A stretch of DNA of 64,000 bases from positions 157,062 through 221,061 of the forward strand of contig JACOYR010000001.1 in NCBI GenBank assembly GCA_016181765.1. The letters are read 5' to 3'. A program made the translations under genes and the position numbers. Under the pieces are notes generated by a model that was not told where the DNA came from, searched no databases, and worked only from the letters and a program-made list of their open reading frames with translations. Positions 39,496 through 48,746 of this stretch are shown piece by piece; within the stretch, counting starts at the first letter, position 1, and every line of letters starts with the position of its first letter. The DNA is from Parcubacteria group bacterium. GTDB lineage: Bacteria; Patescibacteriota; Patescibacteriia; UBA2169.

Positions 39496-42400
39496 TTATG
39501 ACTTGGAGATTGTCCAACCGTCAAGCGGGATGTAAGAGGACTGGGTGCTTGATGTTGGCACCTGGTACCCATGCGTCCAGTCCTTGCCAGTACCTCTATT
39601 GAGGGTCGCAGCGGCTGACGCGTACGATTTCGCGCTATGGTCGTTAGTGTTTGCTGAATAGTCGGACCACAAGAAGTTGTAGTTTGTGGCATTCAAGCCA
39701 ACCACGCCGTAGCGGTAATTGGTTGTCACGTACGAGAGAGAGGAGAGGTCATGAGTCAAGGCCGCGGTCTGGGTGTCGTCCCCAAGGAGTTGGACTGTGA
39801 CCGAGTCAGAATCCGTGCTTGCTCCCACATGTGCGTTCGCCACGTCAAGCTTAAGCTCGTAGGTGTTGCTGGAGCCGGCATCAATGATCTCTTCCCCATC
39901 GCCATCGTCAGCATTGTCGTACCCAGTCCGCTGGTCACCCAGGAGAACTGTGACGTACGTGCTCGTTGAGTTCTCAGCCCGGCTGGCCAAACCCGCGTTC
40001 GCCATAGATTGCGATGTAAGGGTTGCGGTGCCGGAAGGCGAAAGCTCATCCCCTGCCGCAGTACCAGTGCCGTCAAAGATGACGTACTCGCTGGTGCCCA
40101 AGAGCGAACCGTTGCGATAGAGCTTGAAGTTGGAGAGCGAGAGCAAGGTGCTCGTGGTGGTGTCTGTCCATGAAACCTGGAACGTCATCTTCTTCAGGCG
40201 CACCTGCCCGCCCACTGCTGAAACTTTGAAGTTGGCAACCTGCTTCTGGCTGATTGCACCACCGGAAAGCGTAGTGGAGGTTAAGGCCATGCGCTCAACC
40301 AACGGGTATGCCCTGCGCACGGTGAGCGCGTTGCCGGTAACACCGGTTGTGGGGCCGTTCACTGCGGTTGAGGAGCCAACGCCCCGCGCTGTTATGGCAC
40401 GTGTAGTGCTAGAATCCTCCAAAGGAGTCGCATTCAAGGAGAATGTGTGCGTGGAACCGGATGAAATGGTCGGCCACACATTCACGTCCGCTTTCAGGGT
40501 AAGGGTCTTTTCCGTGCCCTTGGCCACGCGGTACGCATTGGAAGTTCCGAGGTTAAAGTCAACGTATCCGCCCAAGACCGGGGTTCCGGTTGCCAAGGTG
40601 AGAGCGGAAAGCGTGGACCCGATCGGCGTAGAACCATCAAAGAGCTTGAAGTTCTTGAGCGTTGAGGTCGGCTTGCCATCTGCAACGGTCGCGTTGAGCG
40701 TTTCCGCGGCAATGGTGTCGCTGATAATGAACCGCGTAACGTCAACATCTTCGGTAAGCGCCGTAAGCTTGAACTTATACACTTCAACGCCCGTGGCGCC
40801 GCCGGTGATGATGTTTGCTTTTACCTGGGCGCTGGAAGCCACGTTTTCAACCGTGAGGGAGCCGGAGGCCGCCAGATACAGGTTCTGTAAGCCCGCTGAC
40901 ATGGTTCCGTTGGCTGAAGCGCTGGTATCATCCCCGGTTGCGGTAACCGTTGACGGGTACACCACACCGCTTGTGTCAGCATTCACAGAATTAAGCTGGG
41001 TCGTGGTTGCGGAACTCAAGATATCAGCGTAGATGTTTACCACCATCTGCTTAGCCACGCCGAGCTTGATTGCCGGCGAGGCATTGAAGTTATAGGTGGT
41101 GTCTTCGGTATCCGTGAGCGTGCCCACGGTGGTGCCAATGGCTGTGCCAGCCGCATAGTTGCCGTTGGCGTCAGCCGGGCCGCCGGATTCAAGGCGCATA
41201 TTCTGGAATGTGTCAGCTAAGGAGGAGCCAGTGGTTGCGCCAACATCGTCCGTGAGCGTGATTTGCGTGACAGTCACGCCTTCACCCGCGCCGGCCGTAA
41301 TCACGAACGAGCCAATGATCACGTTCTGTTGGCCAAGTACGCCAGTCGGGTTAGCGGCAGACGCATCGCCAACTCCAGTGTTTTCAGCGACACTCAAGGT
41401 GCCGGAAGAACCAGTAAGCGTGTTGCCCGCGACAGAAGGCGTGCTAATGGCTGTGGAAGAAGAGAGAGCGCGCGCGTTAGACGAGCCCGCGGACAAGGTT
41501 ACGGAGATGGAAGCCGCAGCAGCGTAGTTGGTGCCTGCCGCATTCTTGGTGTCTCCGCGGATTTCAATCACTTTTGTGACGCTGGCTGGAATAACCACGC
41601 TCGCTCCGAACGTGAATGCCGCGTCGTCGTTGGTTGCATCAGTGTCGCTGGTTGAGCCGACCTGGGCCCCATCAAAGTACACCTTCACATTGTCCATGCC
41701 ATCCAGAGCGGCAGGAGTCGTAACGGTAAGGGAGTTGATGCGGACATCTTCGCCGGTTGCCTTGAAGTCAAATTTAGCCAAGGTAACGCCCGTCGCGCCA
41801 ACAGCCACATTGCCGGTCGGGGATGAAGTGCTCTTTGAAACAGTCAAAGAGCCGGCATTGACGGTGGTGTTGGTGGTTGAAGAGTTGGACTCAATAATGG
41901 TCCACGTATCCGCGCGGTTGAGCTTGACGTACACATTATACTGCTTGTCGTACACATTCATGTGGTACATCTCCTGCATCTGGAAGTGGATGGTGCGGCT
42001 GGAGCCGGATACCACGTCAAAAATGAGTGATACGGTCTTAGTCTTGCCTTTTTCAATGAGGTACGGGGTTGGGAACGTGAATACGATTTCGTCGCTGTCA
42101 TTCATGCTTGCTACGGTCTCGGAAACGTTAACTCCCCCAACCTGCAGCTGGAAGTCCTTGAGATCGGTCTTTGAGGCCGAACCGGTCATGGAAACCTTCA
42201 TGTACCGGATTTCCATGTCCTGGTCTGTCCCAGCCAGGGTGAAGCGCCATCCCTCGTGGTTATCGGTTCCCGGGTTCACGGTTGCGGCAGCGGCCGGGGA
42301 TACGTTCGTAAGGGTCACGTACCCAAGGTCAGAAGCGGTTGCAACACTCATGGTGTTGCCCATAAGCGGGAATGAGCCAGAAACCGAAGCCCCGTCCGTT

Positions 42401-43563
42401 GCAACGTCAGACGCTGAATTCATGGAGAAGTACATGGTCTTGCCGGAACCCGTGTCATCAGCAAGGTCAATGCGCAAGGTAACGTACTTGGTGGAACCTG
42501 CTGGAACCGTAATCAAGCCGCTGGCATTGGTGAATGTGACCACGCCCGATGAGTAGGAGTTGGACGCGGCGATAAAGCTGGAACCCACGCCATCGCCCTC
42601 AAACAGGTAGAGCGAGTTAGCATCCGCGTTCGCGGAAATGCCGCCGCGCGTGAATTTAAGGGTCGTCACTTTTACGGCGCCATCCGAGCCTGCGGTCAAA
42701 GCGACTTTGGTCAGGGGAATAAACGCCTGGGCTCCGTCATTGCCGCCGTTTGAAGAGTCAGCAATCACGGTTGCAGCAGCCGGAGTATCGCTTGCCAAGG
42801 AAACCGTCAACCCGGATCCAACCGGCGTTGTGGTGCCCGGAGGAGTGGTTACCACAGGAGCTGCGCCCACGCCGTCAGGAATAGTGACGGAAGATTCCTT
42901 TACCACAATCTGGGAGCCATCTGCATAGGTCTCGGAAGAAGGAATGGTAATAACCGGAATGTTCGCGTATCCATTCACCTTAATCACGTCCGTGGAAGCA
43001 AATGGCCGCTTCTGGTCCGCCTGCAAGAGGTAGACCGTGGAAGAGTTCGCGTACTTTACCAAGGTTCCGTTGGGGTGCGTGGTGGTTGAAGTCACCATGT
43101 CACCGGCTGCGCCATACTTGTCCAAAAAGGACTGCGGAAGCCAGGTGATGTTGTCGTAGTTGAATCCGAGCGTTTCAAAGACTTCGGCGGACACGATCGG
43201 GCGAAGTTTTTCGCCGGATACAAAGTACACTGCCGGTGTCTCTAATGCTCTGATCAACGCGCCATCGCGGAATTCCACGTCATTCCCGACGGTAAACCCG
43301 GACAGGTTCGTGGTGAACGTGCTACTGAAGTTCGCTGGGAAGCCCCAGGACGTGTACACGTTCTGGTGGGGGAATGGGTGAATAGTCACGCCATCCGCGT
43401 CCACAAGATACACTGCCGGATTGCCTGCGCCCTTAATGAGGTCGCCTGCTGCTGCACCGACTGTGACCGGCGCCAGCGCAAACAAACCAACGCTCCACAC
43501 TATGGTGGATACCGTTAAAGTAGCTGACAGGACCTTTTTAGAGTGTTTTATGATATCACTCAT
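39496..43563 (-). CDS. Large secreted S/T/G/A-rich surface (S-layer-like) protein
   Basis: 1355 aa; signal peptide; three G.L(I/V)(K/R)....(A/T)VY repeats typical of CPR surface proteins; beta-rich Ig-like body; strong SD AAGGAG; own terminator. Confidence 0.75.
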   Translation of the reverse strand: MSDIIKHSKKVLSATLTVSTIVWSVGLFALAPVTVGAAAGDLIKGAGNPAVYLVDADGVTIHPFPHQNVYTSWGFPANFSSTFTTNLSGFTVGNDVEFRDGALIRALETPAVYFVSGEKLRPIVSAEVFETLGFNYDNITWLPQSFLDKYGAAGDMVTSTTTHPNGTLVKYANSSTVYLLQADQKRPFASTDVIKVNGYANIPVITIPSSETYADGSQIVVKESSVTIPDGVGAAPVVTTPPGTTTPVGSGLTVSLASDTPAAATVIADSSNGGNDGAQAFIPLTKVALTAGSDGAVKVTTLKFTRGGISANADANSLYLFEGDGVGSSFIAASNSYSSGVVTFTNASGLITVPAGSTKYVTLRIDLADDTGSGKTMYFSMNSASDVATDGASVSGSFPLMGNTMSVATASDLGYVTLTNVSPAAAATVNPGTDNHEGWRFTLAGTDQDMEIRYMKVSMTGSASKTDLKDFQLQVGGVNVSETVASMNDSDEIVFTFPTPYLIEKGKTKTVSLIFDVVSGSSRTIHFQMQEMYHMNVYDKQYNVYVKLNRADTWTIIESNSSTTNTTVNAGSLTVSKSTSSPTGNVAVGATGVTLAKFDFKATGEDVRINSLTVTTPAALDGMDNVKVYFDGAQVGSTSDTDATNDDAAFTFGASVVIPASVTKVIEIRGDTKNAAGTNYAAAASISVTLSAGSSNARALSSSTAISTPSVAGNTLTGSSGTLSVAENTGVGDASAANPTGVLGQQNVIIGSFVITAGAGEGVTVTQITLTDDVGATTGSSLADTFQNMRLESGGPADANGNYAAGTAIGTTVGTLTDTEDTTYNFNASPAIKLGVAKQMVVNIYADILSSATTTQLNSVNADTSGVVYPSTVTATGDDTSASANGTMSAGLQNLYLAASGSLTVENVASSAQVKANIITGGATGVEVYKFKLTALTEDVDVTRFIISDTIAAETLNATVADGKPTSTLKNFKLFDGSTPIGSTLSALTLATGTPVLGGYVDFNLGTSNAYRVAKGTEKTLTLKADVNVWPTISSGSTHTFSLNATPLEDSSTTRAITARGVGSSTAVNGPTTGVTGNALTVRRAYPLVERMALTSTTLSGGAISQKQVANFKVSAVGGQVRLKKMTFQVSWTDTTTSTLLSLSNFKLYRNGSLLGTSEYVIFDGTGTAAGDELSPSGTATLTSQSMANAGLASRAENSTSTYVTVLLGDQRTGYDNADDGDGEEIIDAGSSNTYELKLDVANAHVGASTDSDSVTVQLLGDDTQTAALTHDLSSLSYVTTNYRYGVVGLNATNYNFLWSDYSANTNDHSAKSYASAAATLNRGTGKDWTHGYQVPTSSTQSSYIPLDGWTISKS

Positions 43564-43616
43564 ATAGGTTCTCCTTTTAGGTATTCCCGCCGACCTGGCG
43601 GAAATAGTTGTTTATT

Positions 43617-43677
43617 ATAGGACTTTCTCGGCTGATCGCTTCAAAACTCTGAACCGAATCAGGCGCGAAAGCCCTAT
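43617..43677 (-). other. Long stem-loop in the 5' leader of the S-layer-like gene
   Basis: Minus strand ATAGGGCTTTCGCGCCTGAT pairs with ATCAGCCGAGAAAGTCCTAT; the G-U pair works only on the minus strand. Confidence 0.6.
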
Positions 43678-43758
43678 GCTTGGTTAATAAAGGTTAATAA
43701 GAAAATCAAACAAAACAATACTTTTACCGGAAACAATTCGTCTCATTCACTAATATGA

Positions 43759-43785
43759 GACGGAAATCAATGCACATTCGTTACA
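43759..43785 (-). promoter_or_regulatory. Putative ECF-sigma promoter TGTAAC-N17-CGTC upstream of the S-layer-like gene
   Basis: Matches the motif upstream of the neighbouring ECF sigma gene and the general AAC/CGT ECF pattern. Confidence 0.6.
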
Positions 43786-43797
43786 TTTACGCTTTTA

Positions 43798-43839
43798 TTT
43801 ATAGCAGATTTCATTCAGATGTCAACAATTATTATAGCA
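43798..43839 (-). promoter_or_regulatory. Putative tandem sigma70 promoters of the S-layer-like gene
   Basis: TTGACA (43820-43825)-N16-TATAAA with extended TG; a second TGcTATAAT at 43831-43839. Confidence 0.45.
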
Positions 43840-43911
43840 CGCTTTCCCATTTGGAATCAATACAGTTATACACAAAGCTTTATTTTGGCTAATGTTAGCG
43901 TGTTATTTGCT

Positions 43912-45279
43912 TTATGAACCAAATGACTCTTCCATAGATGTTTCGCCCTGATTGCTGTTCTCTTGCTCTATCTTCTGGTTAAACGCACTTGGAGTGCTTG
44001 TTCCAAGTGTTGACGGATTAGTAGTTTCTGTGTCTTTGCTCTGTTTTTCAGTTCCTTCAGCAATTGCTTTTGCCTCTTTTACTTTTTCCACTACCTGCCC
44101 CAGCTGGCCCATATCTTTGGTATCAAGAATTTTCTTGGCCTCATCAATTGCCTCTTGAACCTGGCTTGGCGCGGAAGGAACTTTTATGAGCACTGGCTGT
44201 GTGGATGAAGCCGCAGTAGTGGCAGCGGGTGGCGCTACCGGCGCAGTATCTATGTTCTTTTCAATCTTATCAATCTTTTTCTGTATTTTATCAACCGCCT
44301 CCTGCTGCACGGTTTCACTCTTGGATGTTTGGGCTTTTCCCACAAACACCTCAAGGGACTTGATGTTTGCCTGGTCAACCGCATCAAGCGCGCTGTCCAG
44401 AGTCGCCAAGAGATCTCTTCCCGCTGCTGAATCAGCTTGGGCATCTTTTGGCGATACACCCTCTTCCGCAACCGCAGGAGTGGTTGTAGATGTTCCCAGC
44501 GCCTGTTGGGTGCTGCTTGCTGCTTCAGCCGGCAACGTTACTGCATCTGCTCCCCCTGCAGGTTCAGGCTCTGCGCCTGAACCTGGTGGCATATCTTTGG
44601 GAGAGGAACCTGATTCGCCAGTTTCTGGCGCCTGCGGAGCGCTCTTTTGCTCGGAAAGCTGTTCTTTGATCACCAGCAAATCTTCAGCCAGTTGAATAGT
44701 TGCGGTATTTACCAGCCCAGAAATTTTAAGGACCTTTTCCTCGGATTTTTCTTCCTGGCCCATCTTTTCAAGCCGTTTCTGCACTGAATGCAAATCATTG
44801 CTGAACCGCTTCATGGCCTGTTCAATGTGCGGTGCGCTTTCAGCCGTAGTGTCCTGCTTTAATATCTGGTTCACTTCAAGCAGACGGGAGGTGGCGAACG
44901 AAATTTCCAGTTCTGCCTTTTTTGATTCAGAAAACGCAACTCCAACTTGAGCCGCTTCAAGCCCGAGCTTCACCGAGTACAGCGCATCCCCGGGCAAACT
45001 CGCGCGGGCTGCCTGGACCGTGGACACGGAACTATACGAAACCACGGCAAAAATGAGCACAAAAGCGACCGCAGGCTTGAGTATGGCCTGGGCGAACAAG
45101 GTATGGAAAAGTTGGGAAAAGAATGCGCGGTCGCGCACTTCTGCTGGAGCATCCTGCCAAACATGGCTTCTGCGTATTTCGGCAAGCAGAGCCTCGCGCA
45201 CGCTTAAACGCCACGATTCTTGCGAATAAAGCGTGGTTCTGGATGCGCTAAGCTGTTTGATAAATCTGGAAAAACGCAT
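43912..45279 (-). CDS. Putative membrane anti-sigma factor (DUF5667-like)
   Basis: Directly downstream of the ECF sigma; short cytoplasmic part, one TM, then SLPGDALYSVKLGLE..RLLEV and a low-complexity tail. Confidence 0.7.
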   Translation of the reverse strand: MRFSRFIKQLSASRTTLYSQESWRLSVREALLAEIRRSHVWQDAPAEVRDRAFFSQLFHTLFAQAILKPAVAFVLIFAVVSYSSVSTVQAARASLPGDALYSVKLGLEAAQVGVAFSESKKAELEISFATSRLLEVNQILKQDTTAESAPHIEQAMKRFSNDLHSVQKRLEKMGQEEKSEEKVLKISGLVNTATIQLAEDLLVIKEQLSEQKSAPQAPETGESGSSPKDMPPGSGAEPEPAGGADAVTLPAEAASSTQQALGTSTTTPAVAEEGVSPKDAQADSAAGRDLLATLDSALDAVDQANIKSLEVFVGKAQTSKSETVQQEAVDKIQKKIDKIEKNIDTAPVAPPAATTAASSTQPVLIKVPSAPSQVQEAIDEAKKILDTKDMGQLGQVVEKVKEAKAIAEGTEKQSKDTETTNPSTLGTSTPSAFNQKIEQENSNQGETSMEESFGS

Positions 45280-45284
45280 AGTAA

Positions 45285-45836
45285 TCAGGCCTCTGGAATC
45301 AGTGTTTTAATCTGCTTAACGGCGCGGTGCAAGGCAACGCGGATTGCTCCGTTGGTTTTGCCCTGCGCTTCAGCTATCTCCTTAATGCTTAAGTCCTGCA
45401 CATAGCGCAGGATAATCAATTCCCGATGGTCGTCTGAAAGCTGGTCCAGCACCTGGAACACCAGGCGCATGTCATCGTTGTGCTGTATGTTTTCAACGAT
45501 GTTTGAACTCATGTCTTCAACCGACTCCAAGCCATCTTCATCAAAGGCGGCAACTTCTTTCTGGGAAGAACGGTAGTGGTCAATGACCACGTTCCGCGCA
45601 ATCCGGTACAGAAGGGCGCGGAAATCTTTAATGTATTTCTTTTGGACGCTTACGTACTGCCATGCTTTTAAGAACACTTCAGCGGTCACGTCTTGTGCCT
45701 CGTGCGTGTTCCTGACGCGCATCACTACAAACCGGTATATGTCTTCAACATATTTGTCGTACAGCGTTCCGAACGCCTGTTCGTCACCGGCAATGCTTGA
45801 GGCAATAAGAAACTGGTCGCTGAATTTCCCGCTCAT
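45285..45836 (-). CDS. ECF RNA polymerase sigma factor
   Basis: AFGTLYDKY, AQDVTAEVFLKAW, LYRIARNVVIDHYR, LSIKEIAE..GAIRVALHRA; start at ATG 45836. Confidence 0.95.
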   Translation of the reverse strand: MSGKFSDQFLIASSIAGDEQAFGTLYDKYVEDIYRFVVMRVRNTHEAQDVTAEVFLKAWQYVSVQKKYIKDFRALLYRIARNVVIDHYRSSQKEVAAFDEDGLESVEDMSSNIVENIQHNDDMRLVFQVLDQLSDDHRELIILRYVQDLSIKEIAEAQGKTNGAIRVALHRAVKQIKTLIPEA

Positions 45837-45843
45837 ACAAGAA

Positions 45844-45869
45844 GACGAAAAAACCAAGTATTTGTTACC
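45844..45869 (-). promoter_or_regulatory. Putative autoregulatory ECF promoter GGTAAC-N16-CGTC
   Basis: The -10 CGTC ends 7 nt before the sigma ATG, which suggests a leaderless mRNA. Confidence 0.65.
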
Positions 45870-45878
45870 TGCCTTAAT

Positions 45879-45916
45879 AAAAATAGGCTTTCACTTAAGC
45901 AGAAAAGCCCTTTTTT
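45879..45916 (-). terminator. Probable intrinsic terminator
   Basis: GGCTTT...AAAGCC stem followed by TATTTTT on the minus strand, just after the 45928 stop. Confidence 0.5.
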
Positions 45917-45927
45917 GTCTACATTTC

Positions 45928-46665
45928 CTATACCCAAGGAGTTGAAACGAGCACAATCAGAATGAAAAACGCGTATATCGCCAGTTTTTTGATGATAATC
46001 ATTTTTCTGATCCGCTCGGGGAAAAGATAATATTTGATGAAATCATAACAGAACAGAACCAATACCGTAAGGACTAAAGCAAGGGTCACCTCGGTAAACG
46101 GAAGCCAGGCAACCACCGAAAAGAGCTCTAATCCGAGCAAAAGCAGAACAAGCCAGGCGCTAAACACGCTCCCGGGAGGCGGTTGGAGCGTGCGCACGCC
46201 TGTGTAGGAAAACACGCCAAAACTCACCCCGAACACACTCAATGTTTCCCACACCTCCCAGCCAATCACCGAGAGCAGGCCAAAACTGGTTACAGACCAG
46301 AAAAAAGTCCCCCCGAAAAAGAGCGCCAAACGAACCGTAACCAGCTGGCTCTGTTCGGATCTTAAGCGTGCGCTCGCGTACATAAGCCCGAGCCACACGA
46401 GGAACGGAACCGCATATTTTATATAGGCAAAATCCAGCCATAAAAACCACCAGAATGCTCCCACCACGAATAAAACAACGGCAATCCGGTCTGCCATAAT
46501 GCCGCGGAACGGGCTTGTGTCATCCGAAAAGCGCACACTTACGATGCTTGAGCTGGCCAGGCACAAAAGCAGCCAGTACAGCACGCGGCCCGGGTCTGCG
46601 AGCGCAAGCTCCCAGCTTGCGAGAACCCCCAAAATTCCGAGCCAAAAAATAAGTGACTTTAGCAT
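45928..46665 (-). CDS. Multi-TM hypothetical membrane protein
   Basis: 245 aa with about 9 hydrophobic segments; operon-like spacing. Confidence 0.75.
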   Translation of the reverse strand: MLKSLIFWLGILGVLASWELALADPGRVLYWLLLCLASSSIVSVRFSDDTSPFRGIMADRIAVVLFVVGAFWWFLWLDFAYIKYAVPFLVWLGLMYASARLRSEQSQLVTVRLALFFGGTFFWSVTSFGLLSVIGWEVWETLSVFGVSFGVFSYTGVRTLQPPPGSVFSAWLVLLLLGLELFSVVAWLPFTEVTLALVLTVLVLFCYDFIKYYLFPERIRKMIIIKKLAIYAFFILIVLVSTPWV

Positions 46666-46677
46666 ACTGCCTGCGGG

Positions 46678-47112
46678 CTATGGGGCGATTTCTAAAATGT
46701 AGGTATGCTCCCCAGGGATAAACAGGAATGATTCTCCGCTTTTGGTGTTAATAAGCCCAAATCGATCAAGAGTTTCGTCCCAAACTGCCTCAAAACGCCC
46801 GTTTTCAAATGTTTTTTCATACAAAAGGTTCTCATCCCGCACCACGTACACGCGTACACCCTCTGTGCCGGCCCGGCGCGCCACGAGCAGGGTATCGCTT
46901 TCAAACGCGCCGGTTGCGCGGCTAGACGCAAGGACCACATCCTGCACGGAGAGTGTAAACCGCTCAACCGCGGCGCCGCGCACACTGCCAAAATCTATGT
47001 TCGGGTATGTGCCGTATTCCTCCGAACCCCAATAAAAAAAAGCGAACAAGGAGCTCCACGCGAGCACCCCAATCGTGCTGATGATGATGCTCGTTTTTCG
47101 GGATAGGGTCAT
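46678..47112 (-). CDS. Hypothetical protein with N-terminal TM anchor
   Basis: ATGA overlap with the upstream gene; one TM helix. Confidence 0.65.
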   Translation of the reverse strand: MTLSRKTSIIISTIGVLAWSSLFAFFYWGSEEYGTYPNIDFGSVRGAAVERFTLSVQDVVLASSRATGAFESDTLLVARRAGTEGVRVYVVRDENLLYEKTFENGRFEAVWDETLDRFGLINTKSGESFLFIPGEHTYILEIAP

Positions 47113-47582
47113 GGTTGATCGGCAACCGCAGGCAGCCACGGGTATTGCGCGTACAACAGGGCCTGCTTTTCCTTGAGAAGATTAATGTCAGAAAACTCGC
47201 CTTTTGCCGCTTCTTTTGCCAAAAAAATCAGGGAAGTGTGCAGAGATCGGTAGATTGGCGGAACCGGAGAAGCAAGCAACGAATCGTACGCGCCGCCCGC
47301 ATCAGGAACCACGCCCGCGGAATCCGCGAGCGCCTCAATAACCCCATTAATCTGGAGTACGCTCGCAATCACCACATCCCGGTAATCCTGAATCCCGGGG
47401 CCCGGCTCAACCGCGTCTCCGGCCACATAGCGAGCCAAGGGAAGGGGTTCGGGCGCGCGTTTTGGCTCCTGCGAGATTCGGGAGCGCTCCGCGATAATCA
47501 GGCCAAAACTGGCTGCAAATAAAAACAAAAAACTGATTTGCAAATAACGCATTTGCTCACGGTTTGTTTTTGTTTTGAACAT
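47109..47582 (-). CDS. Hypothetical protein with N-terminal TM anchor
   Basis: 157 aa ORF coupled to the next gene. Confidence 0.65.
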   Translation of the reverse strand: MFKTKTNREQMRYLQISFLFLFAASFGLIIAERSRISQEPKRAPEPLPLARYVAGDAVEPGPGIQDYRDVVIASVLQINGVIEALADSAGVVPDAGGAYDSLLASPVPPIYRSLHTSLIFLAKEAAKGEFSDINLLKEKQALLYAQYPWLPAVADQP

Positions 47583-47625
47583 ACAAAAATTATACCATTT
47601 TTCGGCATGGGCGTAAAAATGACTA

Positions 47626-47768
47626 GTGGTTTGCAGGGGGCATTATTTTCGCAACGAGAATGATGGAGCCCGCCAACCGGGTTCCCGCGAGTTCGTGAAG
47701 CGAACGAGTGGGTGGTCTAAGGCGGGCGACCCTTCGGAGTGGAGAAATTTGCACCCCCGAACACCCAC
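47626..47768 (+). ncRNA. Candidate structured ncRNA (6S RNA-like)
   Basis: Intergenic; nested pairings GTGG/CCAC, GGGGG/CCCCC, GCCCGCC/GGCGGGC, CCCGC/GTGGG, GTTCGT/GCGAAC; G-U pairs favour the plus strand. Confidence 0.45.
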
Positions 47769-47849
47769 ATATTTTTACGAAGTTGTGTTGAAAAAAAGCT
47801 GACAAGTTTTGTGGCTTATGTTAGCATAGAATTAATCAATTTCCACACC

Positions 47850-47893
47850 CTTGTCAAAAAATAAATTGACAAGTAATATAGGGGAATTAGAAT
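47850..47893 (+). promoter_or_regulatory. trmB-like gene promoter (TTGACA-N16-TAGAAT) with inverted repeat CTTGTCAA-N8-TTGACAAG
   Basis: Read directly from the sequence; the palindrome overlaps the -35 box. Confidence 0.6.
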
Positions 47894-47908
47894 TAATCCA
47901 CAACCGCA

Positions 47909-48649
47909 ATGATTGAGACTACCTTAAAAAAATTCGGGTTTACGGATAAAGAGATTCTGGTATACCTAGAACTCCTGAAACTCGGGTCAGCGCCGGTGCG
48001 CGCCCTGTCCGAAGCAGTGGACATCAACCGCACCACCATCCACTCCATTCTGCGCCGCCTTGGGGATTACGGGCTTGTAAGCTTTGTGGATAAGGAAAAG
48101 CGCAGGTACTTTGCCGCAGAGCCCCCTGACCACCTCCTGGGCGCGCTCAAAATGAAGCAGAACGACCTTGAGCAGACCAGGGCTGACATTGAGAAGATCA
48201 TTCCCGAGCTCCGGTCTCTGTACGAGAAATCCGAGTACAAGCCAAAGGTCAAGTACTTTGAGGGGGATTCCGGCATCCGCACCATCCTGCAGGACGTGCT
48301 GGACGCAACTGCTGCCACGCAGAAAAAGCAGTACTACGTGTACTCGTCATCCACCATCCGCAACACCCTGACCCGCGTGTTCCCGGAGTTCAACGACGAG
48401 CGCATCCGCCGCACCATCCGCGTGCAGTCCATCTCAATCGGCCCGGGGGGCATCCTGCGCGGCCTGGACGAGCGCAAGTGGCTCTCCCAGGAAGAATCAA
48501 GCCCCACTTACACCCTGATCTACGCCGGAAAGATAGCCCTCATCTCGCTTGACGAATCCATCTCTCCGCACGGCGTGGTCATGGAGGACCAGAACACCTA
48601 CCAAACCCAAGTCATGATATTCAGGCACCTGTGGGAAAAACTCTCTTGA
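47909..48649 (+). CDS. TrmB-family transcriptional regulator
   Basis: LKKFGFTDKEILVYLELLKLG, INRTT, KVKYFEG..GI, IYAGKIALISL. Confidence 0.9.
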   Translation: MIETTLKKFGFTDKEILVYLELLKLGSAPVRALSEAVDINRTTIHSILRRLGDYGLVSFVDKEKRRYFAAEPPDHLLGALKMKQNDLEQTRADIEKIIPELRSLYEKSEYKPKVKYFEGDSGIRTILQDVLDATAATQKKQYYVYSSSTIRNTLTRVFPEFNDERIRRTIRVQSISIGPGGILRGLDERKWLSQEESSPTYTLIYAGKIALISLDESISPHGVVMEDQNTYQTQVMIFRHLWEKLS

Positions 48650-48746
48650 TGGAATGGCGCTGCTGATGAACGTACTGTCAGCAGAGCCATCTCATTGAGA
48701 TGCATCGTCCTTCAACAAGCAGCACTCAATCCTGGGGAGAAATTGA

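Noticed and set aside
39390-39692. N-terminal extension of the 862-aa ORF
   Set aside because: It overlaps the S-layer gene end and crosses its terminator; the real start is probably 39389.
40124-42556. Long plus-strand ORFs (302 and 342 aa)
   Set aside because: Antisense shadows of the codon-biased S-layer-like gene.
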